Shown here: piece after piece, positions 26,801 to 35,264 of the stretch
How the letters are laid out: each line of letters opens with the position of its first letter
Numbering within the stretch: position 1 is the first letter of the stretch
Source: Armatimonadota bacterium
GTDB taxonomy: Bacteria > Armatimonadota > UBA10988
Assembly: GCA_016235455.1 (NCBI GenBank)
Contig: JACRKZ010000182.1
Location: 1-37,558 of the forward strand
Length of the DNA stretch: 37,558 nt
Direction: 5' to 3'
Notes under the pieces: model-generated
Seen by the model: the letters and a program-made list of their open reading frames with translations, nothing else
The model's database searches: none
Told to the model about the DNA's origin: nothing
Translations under genes and position numbers: made by a program

Positions 26801-27312
26801 GCTGGAGCGAGGCCTACGCCGTGCTCGACCAGAGCGCGACAGGCGTCACACTCACCGCCACGGTGGGCAAGGGGCTGAAGCTGGAGCGGCGCTACGAGCT
26901 GGACGCGGCGCGCATGTGCCTGCGCATCCGTACCACCGCGACCAACACCGCCAAGGAGGCGCAGACGGCCTGCCTGCGCGCGCACACCTGCCTGGCGCTG
27001 GACGACGCTGCCAAGGCGGCGGCGCTGATCGGCCGGACGCGCCACAGCCTGGCCGAGGGCGCCAAGGCCGAGAAGGAGCTATGGCTGCGCGACAAGGACA
27101 AGCCCGCGGGCGAGTGGAAGGTGCTGGGCATCCTGCCGGGGCTCGACCTGGTGTCGCGCTTCCAACCCGAGCAGGTCAGCGTGTGCTACCTCAACTGGAA
27201 CGGCCCCGACCACCGGCTCAACCCCGAGTTGTGGAGCAACGAGGTCAGCCTGAAGCCCGGCGAGAGCCTGACCATGGCGCATGAGCTGGAGTGGGTGCCG
27301 GCGGGCAAGTAG
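23854..27312 (+). CDS. Secreted multidomain DUF4838 protein (CBM4/9-like N-terminus, mutarotase/DUF5107-like C-terminus); putative CAZyme
   Basis: Signal peptide; DPGFE...AWIDDV CBM-like module; AARDLQMHLERITG; GVLYAVYTFLEDNLGCRW; HPEYF...QLCLTNP; SQNDW; TLAYQYT; YLMAKLLW; C-terminal IVPGLGGRLLSL module. Confidence 0.85.
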   Translation: MVWRWSVLACLATMALGQNIYPDPGFEQSGREGVAHSGARAGYLSVGGKAHFVTLGGRLSVEPFATYRASAWAKAKQSEGACLGLYVYQWDSYVWAFGTNVPLANGGDWQKIEIIFRSPVDHTFLHPLAFLDAANGEAWIDDVVVERIATPAETVAELKAKTGRSADETRLLGRWYVQAGDLAAAKALIRPDGDALANADVACVVAKASGSQAERAAMLAAMVRYGAPRYNDGNKRISEVAATLHMESAVDDLRAAMLTPPTTDGWRQYAQCLTALLAYRPAGPQPLGSRRALVDRLSAASQGASAVFAGQVVPAEVVRLAETAATERARLENDMKQLGKATVVLGGKAITPETHVIVTPEKPTPSEQTAARDLQMHLERITGRLIGIVAGEPKAGLACLVVGNHPLIKQWGVSIDRAKLGIEGIRIKSVGPNLVLYGGQRGVLYAVYTFLEDNLGCRWFTFDCATWPKTGRIAVPALDVTFVPALEYRATDYPCSRPPEFAVRNRLNGMQVEADETWGDHITYAGFVHTFNSLVSPDQYFAAHPEYFSEIGGKRTRDYSQLCLTNPDVLRIATETVRRWIAENPRATIVSVSQNDWHNPCACAKCAALAEAEGAQSGPLLHFVNAIANDIAKDHPNIIIDTLAYQYTRKPPKTVRPAPNVAVRLCSIECEFNRPIESSPYNKTFVDDIHGWNKICSRLHIWDYVINYAHSIMPFPNLNVLAPNINFFINNGVTGLYEEADYYTKGGEMSELRTYLMAKLLWKPDFDVKRGIREFTDAYFGPAAPSIRAYLDDIHRLAVSDPNYHMPIYVAPRSPFQTPEAVARQEQQFAAAEAAVAGDPVRLHRVQVAKLPVLYTQIAQHTGTAYTLSEKSLDPVKGTSVADIAAEFGAIAHAEGVTRVSEGGTDLDTWLRQVGPGAQSQPVVRLRNAALEAIIVPGLGGRLLSLKAAGGRELMQVVRDGGGINPLVGGYKEFSQSGYQSPGWSEAYAVLDQSATGVTLTATVGKGLKLERRYELDAARMCLRIRTTATNTAKEAQTACLRAHTCLALDDAAKAAALIGRTRHSLAEGAKAEKELWLRDKDKPAGEWKVLGILPGLDLVSRFQPEQVSVCYLNWNGPDHRLNPELWSNEVSLKPGESLTMAHELEWVPAGK

Positions 27313-27340
27313 CGTTCACGCAGGACCAGCAAGTGCTAGC

Positions 27341-27452
27341 GCCGGACCGCCACGCTCCAGCGTGGCCGTCGGCCGAAGGCCGACCCGCGGGCGACGCCGT
27401 TGGGAACGTCGTCCCTGCGGCCCGATGCCACGCTGGAGCGTGGCGGTCCGGC
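27341..27452. repeat. 112-nt REPIN/MITE-like palindromic element, copy 1
   Basis: Perfect 26-bp inverted arms GCCGGACCGCCACGCTCCAGCGTGGC (27341-27366 and 27427-27452) around a 60-nt spacer, between convergent genes. Confidence 0.9.
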
Positions 27453-27492
27453 AGTGGCGTCGCTGACCGCCGCAAGCCGGGACAACGAACGG

Positions 27493-28281
27493 CTACGGCC
27501 ACGGCCCCCAGGTCTCGACCAGCACCTCATGCCACAACGCGTCGAGCGCCGCAGTGTCGGTGCGTGGCGGCGCCGGCGGCCGCACCTGGCCCAGGCGCTC
27601 GATCTGTGCGTCCAGCCAATCGGAGATGACGGCCACGCGCGGCGCGGTATCCATCTCGCCGCCGGCGCGTTTGACCGCCAGCAGATCGTCGATGGCGGCG
27701 GTCAACGCCGGGTCGTCGATGAGCCGCTCGGTCAGCCGGCCGAACTCGGTGGGCACGGGTCCGAGGCCCCGCTCGATCCACAAGCAGGCGAGGGTGGGCC
27801 GCAGCACGTACAGGTACTTCGTGAGCTTGACCAGCTCGCCACGCAGGTAGTCGCGGTAGTTGCCCGTGGCCATGCTCAGGTAGTGGTGGAAGGAGCCGAC
27901 GGGCGAATGGTAGGCCGGCATCAGGTCGCGCAACCGCTGCGCGGCGCTGCCGACCTCGCGGTAGACGATGGGCGAGCCCAGCCATTCACCCAGCGGCGGG
28001 TTGGACTTGCGGAACAGTCCGAGCGCCTTGGGCAGGTCCCAGCCGGCCAGGTCGAGGTCGTCGGTGATCGGCCGTTCGAGCGAGTCGCGGCGGTGGTCGA
28101 TGGTCAGGTACCAGGCGGTCGGCCGCAGGTAGACAAAGCGCACATCGTAGTCGCTGTCGGTGCTGGCGAAGCCCCAGGCGCGACTGCCCGATTCACAGGC
28201 ATAGAGGATGCGCACCCCTTCCTCGGCCTCGATGCGGTCGAGTTCGGCCTCGATGCGCTCGGCGACAAGCGGCTCGATCAC
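27493..28281 (-). CDS. Pol-beta superfamily nucleotidyltransferase, YcgL/RlaP type (COG3541-like)
   Basis: Motifs ILYACESGSRAWGFASTDSDYDVRFVY, WDLPKAL.L..KSNP..EWL.SP, HYLSMA and KYLYVLRP. The GTG start overlaps the upstream stop (GTGA). Confidence 0.9.
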   Translation of the reverse strand: MIEPLVAERIEAELDRIEAEEGVRILYACESGSRAWGFASTDSDYDVRFVYLRPTAWYLTIDHRRDSLERPITDDLDLAGWDLPKALGLFRKSNPPLGEWLGSPIVYREVGSAAQRLRDLMPAYHSPVGSFHHYLSMATGNYRDYLRGELVKLTKYLYVLRPTLACLWIERGLGPVPTEFGRLTERLIDDPALTAAIDDLLAVKRAGGEMDTAPRVAVISDWLDAQIERLGQVRPPAPPRTDTAALDALWHEVLVETWGPWP

Positions 28282-28973
28282 GGCACGACGAGGGTCGAGG
28301 CGATGGAGTTGAGTTCCGGTTCCACCTGCTTCTCGAAGGCATCGCGCGGGCCGACGCCGGTGAGCGTGAACAGCACGCCCTTGTGCACCATCAGCCACTG
28401 CTTGGCGCGCGTGGGGGTGCCCTTATGGTCGAAATCGATGCGCACGGCCACGGCCGCCACGCCGGCCAGCGGGGTGCGGCGTTGGCTGACCACCTTGCCG
28501 GTGGCTTCCAGTTGCTTGCCCAGCGCGGTCATGTAGGACTCGGCCAGGGGTTCGATGGCGGCGCCTTCGCCCAGGTCCGAGCGAGGTTCGGCGGTCAGTG
28601 TGACCGACACCTGCAGGCCGTCGATGCCCTTGGTGCGGCGCAGGCGGACCAGCGGGCCGTTCTCGGGCGTCTCGATCTGGGTCCAGCCCTCGGGCTTGAG
28701 GATCTGTACGCCGTCGGCCGGGTTGAGCAGCACGCCGCTCAGGCTGGCGCGCGGCTCGGCGCCGGATTCGGCGGCCACCTCGGCCTTGACCGGCTCGGCC
28801 TCGGCCTCGGCGGGTGCGGCCGGCGTCGCGGAAGCGGTGGTCACCGCGCTGCTGGCAGTCTGTGTCGGTGCCGTGGCGGGCGGTCCGGCCGGTGCGGCCT
28901 TCTTGCCGGGCTTCTCGCAACCGACCAGCGCCAGGGCCAGCAGGCCCACCAACCACAACCAGCGATGCCGCAT
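28278..28973 (-). CDS. Lipoprotein with a Pro/Ala linker and a PsbP/DcrB-like domain
   Basis: GGGAGG RBS, lipobox LVGC, low-complexity linker, then ILKPEGW...LAGVAA...QWLMV...LFTLT...F......IASTL. Confidence 0.75.
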   Translation of the reverse strand: MRHRWLWLVGLLALALVGCEKPGKKAAPAGPPATAPTQTASSAVTTASATPAAPAEAEAEPVKAEVAAESGAEPRASLSGVLLNPADGVQILKPEGWTQIETPENGPLVRLRRTKGIDGLQVSVTLTAEPRSDLGEGAAIEPLAESYMTALGKQLEATGKVVSQRRTPLAGVAAVAVRIDFDHKGTPTRAKQWLMVHKGVLFTLTGVGPRDAFEKQVEPELNSIASTLVVP

Positions 28974-29003
28974 CTTGCGCCTCCCACAGGACCGTTGGCG
29001 CCC

Positions 29004-29012
29004 ATTATAGCA
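29004..29012 (-). promoter_or_regulatory. Extended -10 promoter (TGcTATAAT) for the lipoprotein-nucleotidyltransferase pair
   Basis: A perfect TGnTATAAT lies in the glnE-lipoprotein spacer, which is unusual in DNA this GC-rich. Confidence 0.65.
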
Positions 29013-29040
29013 GCGGCGCCGAGCCTGCGGCCCGACAAGG

Positions 29041-32000
29041 TCAAATGCCCAGACGCCGGACCACGACCTCACGCACCGCGCGCAGCCTTAGGCGCACATC
29101 CTCGGGCAGACGCTCGGGATGGGCTGCCGCCTCACGCACGCTCCAACCCAGCCGCACGGCAGCCGCGGCCAGGTGCTCGGGGTCCAGCGGCAGGTTGCCG
29201 CTGGGCTGCTCCCAGATGAGCTGCAGCCGCAGTTCGGTGCGCCGCAGGTGCCAGTAGTTGCGGCTGAGCAGGTCGGCCTCGCCCTCGGTCAGCAGACCCG
29301 CGCGGCCCAGCGCGGCGATGGCCAGCGGCGTGTTGCCGCCGCGCACCGACGGGTGGGCCGTGCCGCCCTGGATCTGCAGCACCTGGGTCAGGTACTCGAT
29401 GTCCATGATGCCGCCCGGCTCCAGCTTGAGGTCGAGCTGGCTCGTGTCCGCGGTGTCCAGTCGCTCGGTCTCGATCCGCCTCTTGATGCCGCGCAGCGAC
29501 TCCATGGCCGCCTCGTCTGGCGGCTCGCCGTAGACGAAACCCTCCGCCAGCTCGGCGAACCGCCGGCCGACCTCGGCATCGCCGGCCACCGGCCGGCAGC
29601 GGGTCAGGGCCAGCCGTTCCCACGGCTCGGCGTGTTGGCGCCAGTAGTTCTGGTACGACTCCAGCGTGCGCACCAGCGGGCCGTTGGCGCCGAATGGCCG
29701 CAGCCGCGAGTCGAGCGGATAGAGCCGGCCGGCGCGGGTGAACTCGTCGGCGGCGCGCGTCACCTGCGACGCCCAGCGCTGCACCAGCGCCATCTCGTCG
29801 TCCAGGCCAACCGGCTCATAGACGAACAGCACGTCGAGGTCGGAGCTGTAGTGCAGCTCCCGCCCGCCGAGCTTGCCCAGCCCGATGATCGCGACCTTGA
29901 GGGCATCGGCGCCCGGCAGACTGGCTTGGATCTCGTCGCTCAGCACGCGCAGGCAGGCCTCGGCCAGGTCGGCCAGACAGCCGATGGTCTGCTCGGTGTC
30001 GATGACGCCCAACAGGTCGCGCACGCCGATACGGAAGGCCTCGCGCCGGCGGAAGCGCCGCAGATCGTCGAGTCGCGACTCGGGCTTGCGCAGTGGCGCG
30101 ATGCGTTCGCCTATCTCGGCCACCAGATCGTCCAGCGTCGGGTCGCGCTGTGCGTAGCTGGCCAGCACCATGCGGTCGAGGAACTCGGGGTGGTCGACCA
30201 GGATCTGGCTCAGGTACTCACTGTACCCGCCGATGCGGCACATGACCTCGAGCACGGTGGGATGGTCGAGGAAGAACTGGTAGGCCAGCTCACGCCCGCC
30301 GGCGCGCGACACCATGCGCTCGAACGAGCGCAGCGCCGCGTCGGGGTCGGGCATGCGCTGCACGCAGCCCAACAGCGCCGGCAGGAACTGCACGAACAGC
30401 GCCTGCACGTCTTCGGGCAGCCGCATGGGCGGCTCGCCATGGGCCAGGAAGAGCAGGCGCCGCCGCGCCTCGGCCGGACTGGCGAAGGCAATGCCTTCCA
30501 GGTGGCGCAAGGCTTCGGTGTCGTCGGCCATGGGATCGAGCAGTTGGCTGATGTGCGACTCGGCGTCAGGGCTGGACAGGGGGATGGGGTTGAAGAAGAT
30601 GCGATTGCACAGTTCGCGCGTGCGGCTGGTGTGGCTGTGGAACTCGCCCAGGAAGCGGTCGCCGGCGGTCAGCGGGCCGCTATCACGGTAGCCCATGGCG
30701 CGCGCCAGCCGACGCAGGCCGGCGCGGTCTTCGGGCAGGTCCTTGGTCGGCGCCGCCGGCTGGATCTGGAGCAGGTGCTCCACTCGGCGCAGAAAGTCAT
30801 ACGTCTCGCCCATGGCGCCGCGCTCGGTATAGCTGATGGCGCCCGCGCGCTGCAGGGCGAGGAGCGCGTCCCAGGTGTTGCGTTCGCGCACCGTGGGGTC
30901 GGTCACGCCGAGTACGAGCTGCAGCAACTGCGTGGTGAACTCGATGTCGCGAATGCCGCCGGGCCCTTCCTTCACATTGCGGTGCGCCGCCGAGCGCGCG
31001 TCGAGCGTGCGGCGGTTGGCGCGGATGGACTCGATGCCGGCATGGCGCAGCCGCGCGCCGAAGGCGATCTGCTGGGCCAGTTGCTCAAAGGCGCGGCCCA
31101 GATCCATATCGCCCGCGGCCGCCCGCGCGCGGGTCAGGGCCAGGGCTTCCCAGGCGGCACTGTGCTCCTGATAGTAGGTGCAGCAGCTCTCCATGGTGCG
31201 CACCAGCGTGCCGCCAATGCCATCCGGCCGCAGGCGGTGATCGACGGCGAAGACACGGCCCTCGGCGGTCGGCTCATCGAGCTCGCGGCTCATCTCGCGC
31301 ACGACATGCTCCCAGGCATCGTGGCTCAGCCCATGCCGGCCGTCGCACACGCACAGGAGGTCGATATCGGAGTTGTAGTTCAGCTCGCGGCTGCCCCACT
31401 TGCCCATGGCGATGACGCACAAGCCCTGGGTCGGCTCCGGTGGCAGGCCGAGCACGTCGGCGCAGGCCGCGGCCAGGGCGGCTTCGCAGCAGGCATCGGC
31501 CAGGGCGGAGATCTCGGCGGTGATGACCTTCTGCGGCGCGCGCAGCAGCCAGTCGCGGGCCAGGATACGCAGCACCTGCCCGCGCTTCCAGCGCCGCAAC
31601 GCGTTGCGCCGATTCTCAGGGACGCGCAGTCGCCGCACCAGGGCCAGCGCCTCGCCGCGCACGCGCTGGGGATCGGCGGGCTGAGCGAGCAACTCAGGCT
31701 CCAGCAGCAGATCGGTCAGGCCTGGCTCGCCGATCAGTGCCTCGGCGGCGAGCGGTCCGAGCCCGAGCAGGAACAGCAGGTCGTGGCCGAGCCGCGGGTC
31801 GGCCGTCATCTGGGCGATCAGGCTGAGTCCGCCCTGGTCGGCCTGCAGCCGCGAGAAGCAGAGCAGCGCCGCGTCGGGGTCGGGCGCGCTGGCCGCGTGC
31901 TCGATGAGCGCGGGCAGGTAGTGCTCGGCCACTTCCTCGGGTGGCGCCTGGCTCAACCAGCCGCGCACCAGCCGCGTGGCCACGTCGAACCGGCTAAGGC

Positions 32001-32094
32001 CAGAAGGCGCCCAGGCCTGGACCTGGTCGTCCGGTACAGGGGTGCCGGTGAGCAGCGGGTCCAGCAAGGATTCGATCGCGGGAAGCACAGCCAT
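29041..32094 (-). CDS. glnE: Bifunctional glutamine synthetase adenylyltransferase / adenylyl-removing enzyme
   Basis: Two NTase domains: MGKWGSRELNYNSDIDL...VDHRLRPDG...NVKEGPGGIRDIEF and LGKLGGRELHYSSDLDV...DSRLRPFG...LKLEPGGIMDIEY. Confidence 0.96.
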   Translation of the reverse strand: MAVLPAIESLLDPLLTGTPVPDDQVQAWAPSGLSRFDVATRLVRGWLSQAPPEEVAEHYLPALIEHAASAPDPDAALLCFSRLQADQGGLSLIAQMTADPRLGHDLLFLLGLGPLAAEALIGEPGLTDLLLEPELLAQPADPQRVRGEALALVRRLRVPENRRNALRRWKRGQVLRILARDWLLRAPQKVITAEISALADACCEAALAAACADVLGLPPEPTQGLCVIAMGKWGSRELNYNSDIDLLCVCDGRHGLSHDAWEHVVREMSRELDEPTAEGRVFAVDHRLRPDGIGGTLVRTMESCCTYYQEHSAAWEALALTRARAAAGDMDLGRAFEQLAQQIAFGARLRHAGIESIRANRRTLDARSAAHRNVKEGPGGIRDIEFTTQLLQLVLGVTDPTVRERNTWDALLALQRAGAISYTERGAMGETYDFLRRVEHLLQIQPAAPTKDLPEDRAGLRRLARAMGYRDSGPLTAGDRFLGEFHSHTSRTRELCNRIFFNPIPLSSPDAESHISQLLDPMADDTEALRHLEGIAFASPAEARRRLLFLAHGEPPMRLPEDVQALFVQFLPALLGCVQRMPDPDAALRSFERMVSRAGGRELAYQFFLDHPTVLEVMCRIGGYSEYLSQILVDHPEFLDRMVLASYAQRDPTLDDLVAEIGERIAPLRKPESRLDDLRRFRRREAFRIGVRDLLGVIDTEQTIGCLADLAEACLRVLSDEIQASLPGADALKVAIIGLGKLGGRELHYSSDLDVLFVYEPVGLDDEMALVQRWASQVTRAADEFTRAGRLYPLDSRLRPFGANGPLVRTLESYQNYWRQHAEPWERLALTRCRPVAGDAEVGRRFAELAEGFVYGEPPDEAAMESLRGIKRRIETERLDTADTSQLDLKLEPGGIMDIEYLTQVLQIQGGTAHPSVRGGNTPLAIAALGRAGLLTEGEADLLSRNYWHLRRTELRLQLIWEQPSGNLPLDPEHLAAAAVRLGWSVREAAAHPERLPEDVRLRLRAVREVVVRRLGI

Positions 32095-32186
32095 GCACAG
32101 AGGATACCCGATACACTGTCGGGTGTGCAGTCTGACGGTAGGAGCCGCGTCCGTGGCGCCGAACCCACGAGCCCAGGAGAGCAGGA

Positions 32187-32771
32187 TTGCGAGTCGTCAC
32201 CGTGTTGGGCAGTCCGCGTCGCCGCGGCAATACCGCCACCGTGCTGGCGTGGTCCGAGCAGGCCTGGCGCGAGGCCGGCCACGAGGTCGAGCGTTACGAC
32301 ATCGTCGACTACATTGTGCGCGGCTGCACGGGCTGCTATGCCTGCCAGCGGCCGTCGGCGGTGCCCTCTTGCGCGCAGGACGACGACGCCAACCTGATCC
32401 TGGGTGCCATGGCCCAGGCCGACCTGATCGTGCTGGCATCGCCCGTCTACTGCTGGGGGGTGAGCGCGCAGCTCAAGGCGCTGCTCGATCGCAGCATTGC
32501 GCTGACGCACAACTACGAGGGCGGGTCGGAGTACCTGCTCACCGACCGGCGCGTGGCGTTGCTGGCCACCGCCGGCGGCGGTATCGAGGGCAATGCCGAG
32601 CTCATGTTGCCGCCGTTCGAGCGCTGGGTGGGGTACCATCAGGCGATCAATGCGGGCCACTTGCTGGTGCCCGCCTGCACCGAGCCCGAAGCGCTGAGCG
32701 ACGACCTGGCCGGCGCCGCCCACGCCTTCGCGACCGCCGTGCTGAGCGCGGCGCCAGCCCTGGGAGCCTGA
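32187..32771 (+). CDS. Flavodoxin-like iron-sulfur flavoprotein (NADPH-dependent FMN reductase family)
   Basis: Motifs GSPRRRGNT, CTGCYAC...C, ADLIVLASPVY and QLKALLDR. TTG start after an AGGAG/AGGA RBS. Confidence 0.88.
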   Translation: MRVVTVLGSPRRRGNTATVLAWSEQAWREAGHEVERYDIVDYIVRGCTGCYACQRPSAVPSCAQDDDANLILGAMAQADLIVLASPVYCWGVSAQLKALLDRSIALTHNYEGGSEYLLTDRRVALLATAGGGIEGNAELMLPPFERWVGYHQAINAGHLLVPACTEPEALSDDLAGAAHAFATAVLSAAPALGA

Positions 32772-32774
32772 CTG

Positions 32775-33878
32775 ATGACCAGCCGAGAACGCCTGCTGAC
32801 CGCGCTGCACAACGGCCGGCCCGACCGTCTGCCGTGCCAGGTGCATGGCTGGATGACCTTCTACCTCCAGCGCTACCTCGGTGGCATGGACTGGTGGCAG
32901 GCCTATGAGCGCTTCCCGGGCCTGGACTGGGCCATGTACGTCTCGCCCGGCTACGAGTTCGACCCGGCGGCGCTGGCCAACTGGCGTGGCGAGCGTCGTG
33001 ACCTGGGCCGCGACGAGCGCGGCGTGTACCACTGGGACGAGACCATCACCACCCCCGATGGCACGCTGCACCATGCCGGTGGTTACGACGAGATCACCGG
33101 CTGGGAGACCGAATACCTGATCAAGAACGAGCGCGACTTCGAGATCTGGAACCGCTACCGTCCGCGCCCCGTGGCCGTCGACCTGGCGCCGGTGCGCGCG
33201 GCGTATGAGCGACTGGGCGACCGCGGCATCATCCGCAGTCATCCCTGGTCGCCGGGGCAAGGCAGCCCCTGGCAGTCGTTCTGCACGCTGGTGGGCACGC
33301 AGCCAGCCATCCTGTGGGGCATGGATGAGCCGGGCTTCGTGCACCACTGCCTGGAAGCCATCGTCACCGAGACGCTGCGCGTGACCGAGATGTGGGCCGG
33401 CACGCCCGCGGACATGGTGGAGACGGGCGGCGGCGCGGGCTCCAACACGGTCATCAGCCCCAACTTCTTCGCCGAATTCTGTGTGCCCTACGACCAGCGT
33501 CAGCACGCCGCGTTCGACGCCCTGGGCCTGCGCACGGTCTACCACTTGTGTGGCGGCGTGATGAAGATGCTCGACCATGTGCTCGCCAATGGCGCGCACG
33601 GCCTGGAGACCATGACGCCACCGTCGATGGGCGGTGACTGCGACTTGGCGGCCGCGTCACGGCAAGTGGGCGACAAGCTGTTCTTCATCGGCGGGTTTGA
33701 TCAGAACGCCGGCTTCGAGCACGGCACGCCCGAGCGCGCTCGTCAGCTCGTGCTGGAGTGCTTCGAGGCAACCAAGGACCATGCCGGCTACATCTGCTGT
33801 CCGTCGGACCACTTCTTCCACGGTGATACCGCCAACCTGGAGGCGTTTGCCCAGGCCTGCTGCGACTGCGTTTACTGA
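32775..33878 (+). CDS. Uroporphyrinogen-decarboxylase-superfamily protein (MtaA/CmuA-like; not HemE)
   Basis: N-terminal MTSRERLLTAL...PDRLP, ISPNFFAEF, YHLCGG, IGGFDQ and GYICCPSDH. The HemE WFMRQAGR motif is absent. Confidence 0.87.
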   Translation: MTSRERLLTALHNGRPDRLPCQVHGWMTFYLQRYLGGMDWWQAYERFPGLDWAMYVSPGYEFDPAALANWRGERRDLGRDERGVYHWDETITTPDGTLHHAGGYDEITGWETEYLIKNERDFEIWNRYRPRPVAVDLAPVRAAYERLGDRGIIRSHPWSPGQGSPWQSFCTLVGTQPAILWGMDEPGFVHHCLEAIVTETLRVTEMWAGTPADMVETGGGAGSNTVISPNFFAEFCVPYDQRQHAAFDALGLRTVYHLCGGVMKMLDHVLANGAHGLETMTPPSMGGDCDLAAASRQVGDKLFFIGGFDQNAGFEHGTPERARQLVLECFEATKDHAGYICCPSDHFFHGDTANLEAFAQACCDCVY

Positions 33879-33887
33879 GCCGTACCC

Positions 33888-35264
33888 ATGCGTTTGACCA
33901 ATCCGTTCGCCGCCTTGCTGCGTTGGTGCCTGGCTGTCGGTGTGCCGGCACCGACCTGGTCGGAGCCGGAGCGCCTCGACTACCAGCAGCGGCACTTGCG
34001 CCGCAACTTCGTGATCAACCTGGCCGAGGGCTCGGCCTGGTGGCTCGGCATGAGCTTCGCCTCGTCGGCCACGGTCATTCCGCTGTTTGTCAGCAAGCTC
34101 ACCAGCAGTACGTGGCCGCTGGGCATCGTGGCCGCCCTGGCCAATGCCGGCTGGCTGCTGCCGCAGCTCTTCACGGCCAACCTGGTGGAGCGGTTGCCGC
34201 ACAAGAAGGCCATCGTGGTGCGGCTCGGCTTCTTCTCCGAGCGCCTGCCGGCGGCGCTGTGGCCGATGGTGGCGGGCTATGCGTTGGGCTCGCCAACGCT
34301 GGCACTGGTCCTGTTCGTCACCTGCTACGGCTGGCATACGCTGGGCTCCGGAGTCATTGCCACCGGCTGGCAGGACATGCTGGCTAACTGCTTCCCCGAA
34401 CGCGTGCGGGGCCGGCTGCTGGGCTTCATGGTGTTCATTGGCTCGGGCATCGGCCTGGCCTGCGCACCGCTGTGCGCGCGTCTGCTGGAGTCGCGGCCGT
34501 TCCCCTCCAACTTCGTGTTGTGCTTCGCCTTGTGCGCGGCGGGCGTCATGGCCTCCGAGATCGTGCTGTGCTTCACGCGCGAGCCGGTCAACCCGGCGGT
34601 CAAGGACCATCAGAGCCACGCGGAGTACTTCCGCGAGTTGCCGCTGCTGCTGCGCGCCGATCGGAACCTGCGCAACTTCGTGCTGGCGCGGCTGATGGGC
34701 GTGTTCGGCGGCATGAGCGTCGGCTTCGTGACGGTCTATGCCGTGCATCGCTGGCACCTGCCCGACGCGGCCGCGGCGTGGTTCACGCGCTGGCTCATGG
34801 CTGGGCAGATGGTGGGCAATCTGGCCTTTGGCACCATGGCCGACCGACTGGGGCACAAGCTGCCGCTGCAGATCGGCTGGACCGGGTCGTGCCTGGCCTT
34901 CCTTGTGGCGCTGGTGGCGCCGACACCGGCCTGGTTCAACGTGGTCTTCTTCCTCATGGGCATCACCGCCGGCGCGAGCTTCGTGTCCGGCGTGCTCATG
35001 GTGCTGGAACTGGCGGTGCCCGAACGCCGCGCCACCTACACCGGCCTGGTCAACACCAGCCTGGGCTTCGCCGGGCTGGCCAGCCCGCTGATCGGCGCCG
35101 GCCTGGCCGAACTCGGCTATCCACTGCTGTTCGGCGTGAGCGTGGCGGCCTACCTGGTGGCGGTGATCGTCCTCACGCGCGGCGTGTCCGACCCGCGGCA
35201 CGGGAGGAGCGACGAGTTGCACGGCCAAGAGACGCTCGAGGCCTGGCGAGGAGACGAGGCATGA
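33888..35264 (+). CDS. MFS transporter
   Basis: About 12 hydrophobic segments; motifs FPERVRGRLLG, FGTMADRLGHK and PERRATYTGL. Confidence 0.88.
   Translation: MRLTNPFAALLRWCLAVGVPAPTWSEPERLDYQQRHLRRNFVINLAEGSAWWLGMSFASSATVIPLFVSKLTSSTWPLGIVAALANAGWLLPQLFTANLVERLPHKKAIVVRLGFFSERLPAALWPMVAGYALGSPTLALVLFVTCYGWHTLGSGVIATGWQDMLANCFPERVRGRLLGFMVFIGSGIGLACAPLCARLLESRPFPSNFVLCFALCAAGVMASEIVLCFTREPVNPAVKDHQSHAEYFRELPLLLRADRNLRNFVLARLMGVFGGMSVGFVTVYAVHRWHLPDAAAAWFTRWLMAGQMVGNLAFGTMADRLGHKLPLQIGWTGSCLAFLVALVAPTPAWFNVVFFLMGITAGASFVSGVLMVLELAVPERRATYTGLVNTSLGFAGLASPLIGAGLAELGYPLLFGVSVAAYLVAVIVLTRGVSDPRHGRSDELHGQETLEAWRGDEA

Noticed and set aside
28780-28900. GCCTCG-type short repeats
   Set aside because: They encode the Ala/Glu/Pro linker of the lipoprotein and are not an independent DNA repeat.
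29119-32397. 1092-aa ORF on the + strand
   Set aside because: Antisense shadow of glnE with no motifs. Stop-free reverse frames are expected at this GC3.
32775-33878. Calling this gene hemE
   Set aside because: It lacks the HemE RQAGR motif and there are no tetrapyrrole genes nearby. It has an HxC metal motif instead.
34472-35260. Apparent N-terminal extension on the PIG-L deacetylase (519-aa ORF)
   Set aside because: An out-of-frame overlap with the MFS gene, rich in Arg/Gly/Ala. The true ATG at 35261 is coupled to the MFS stop.
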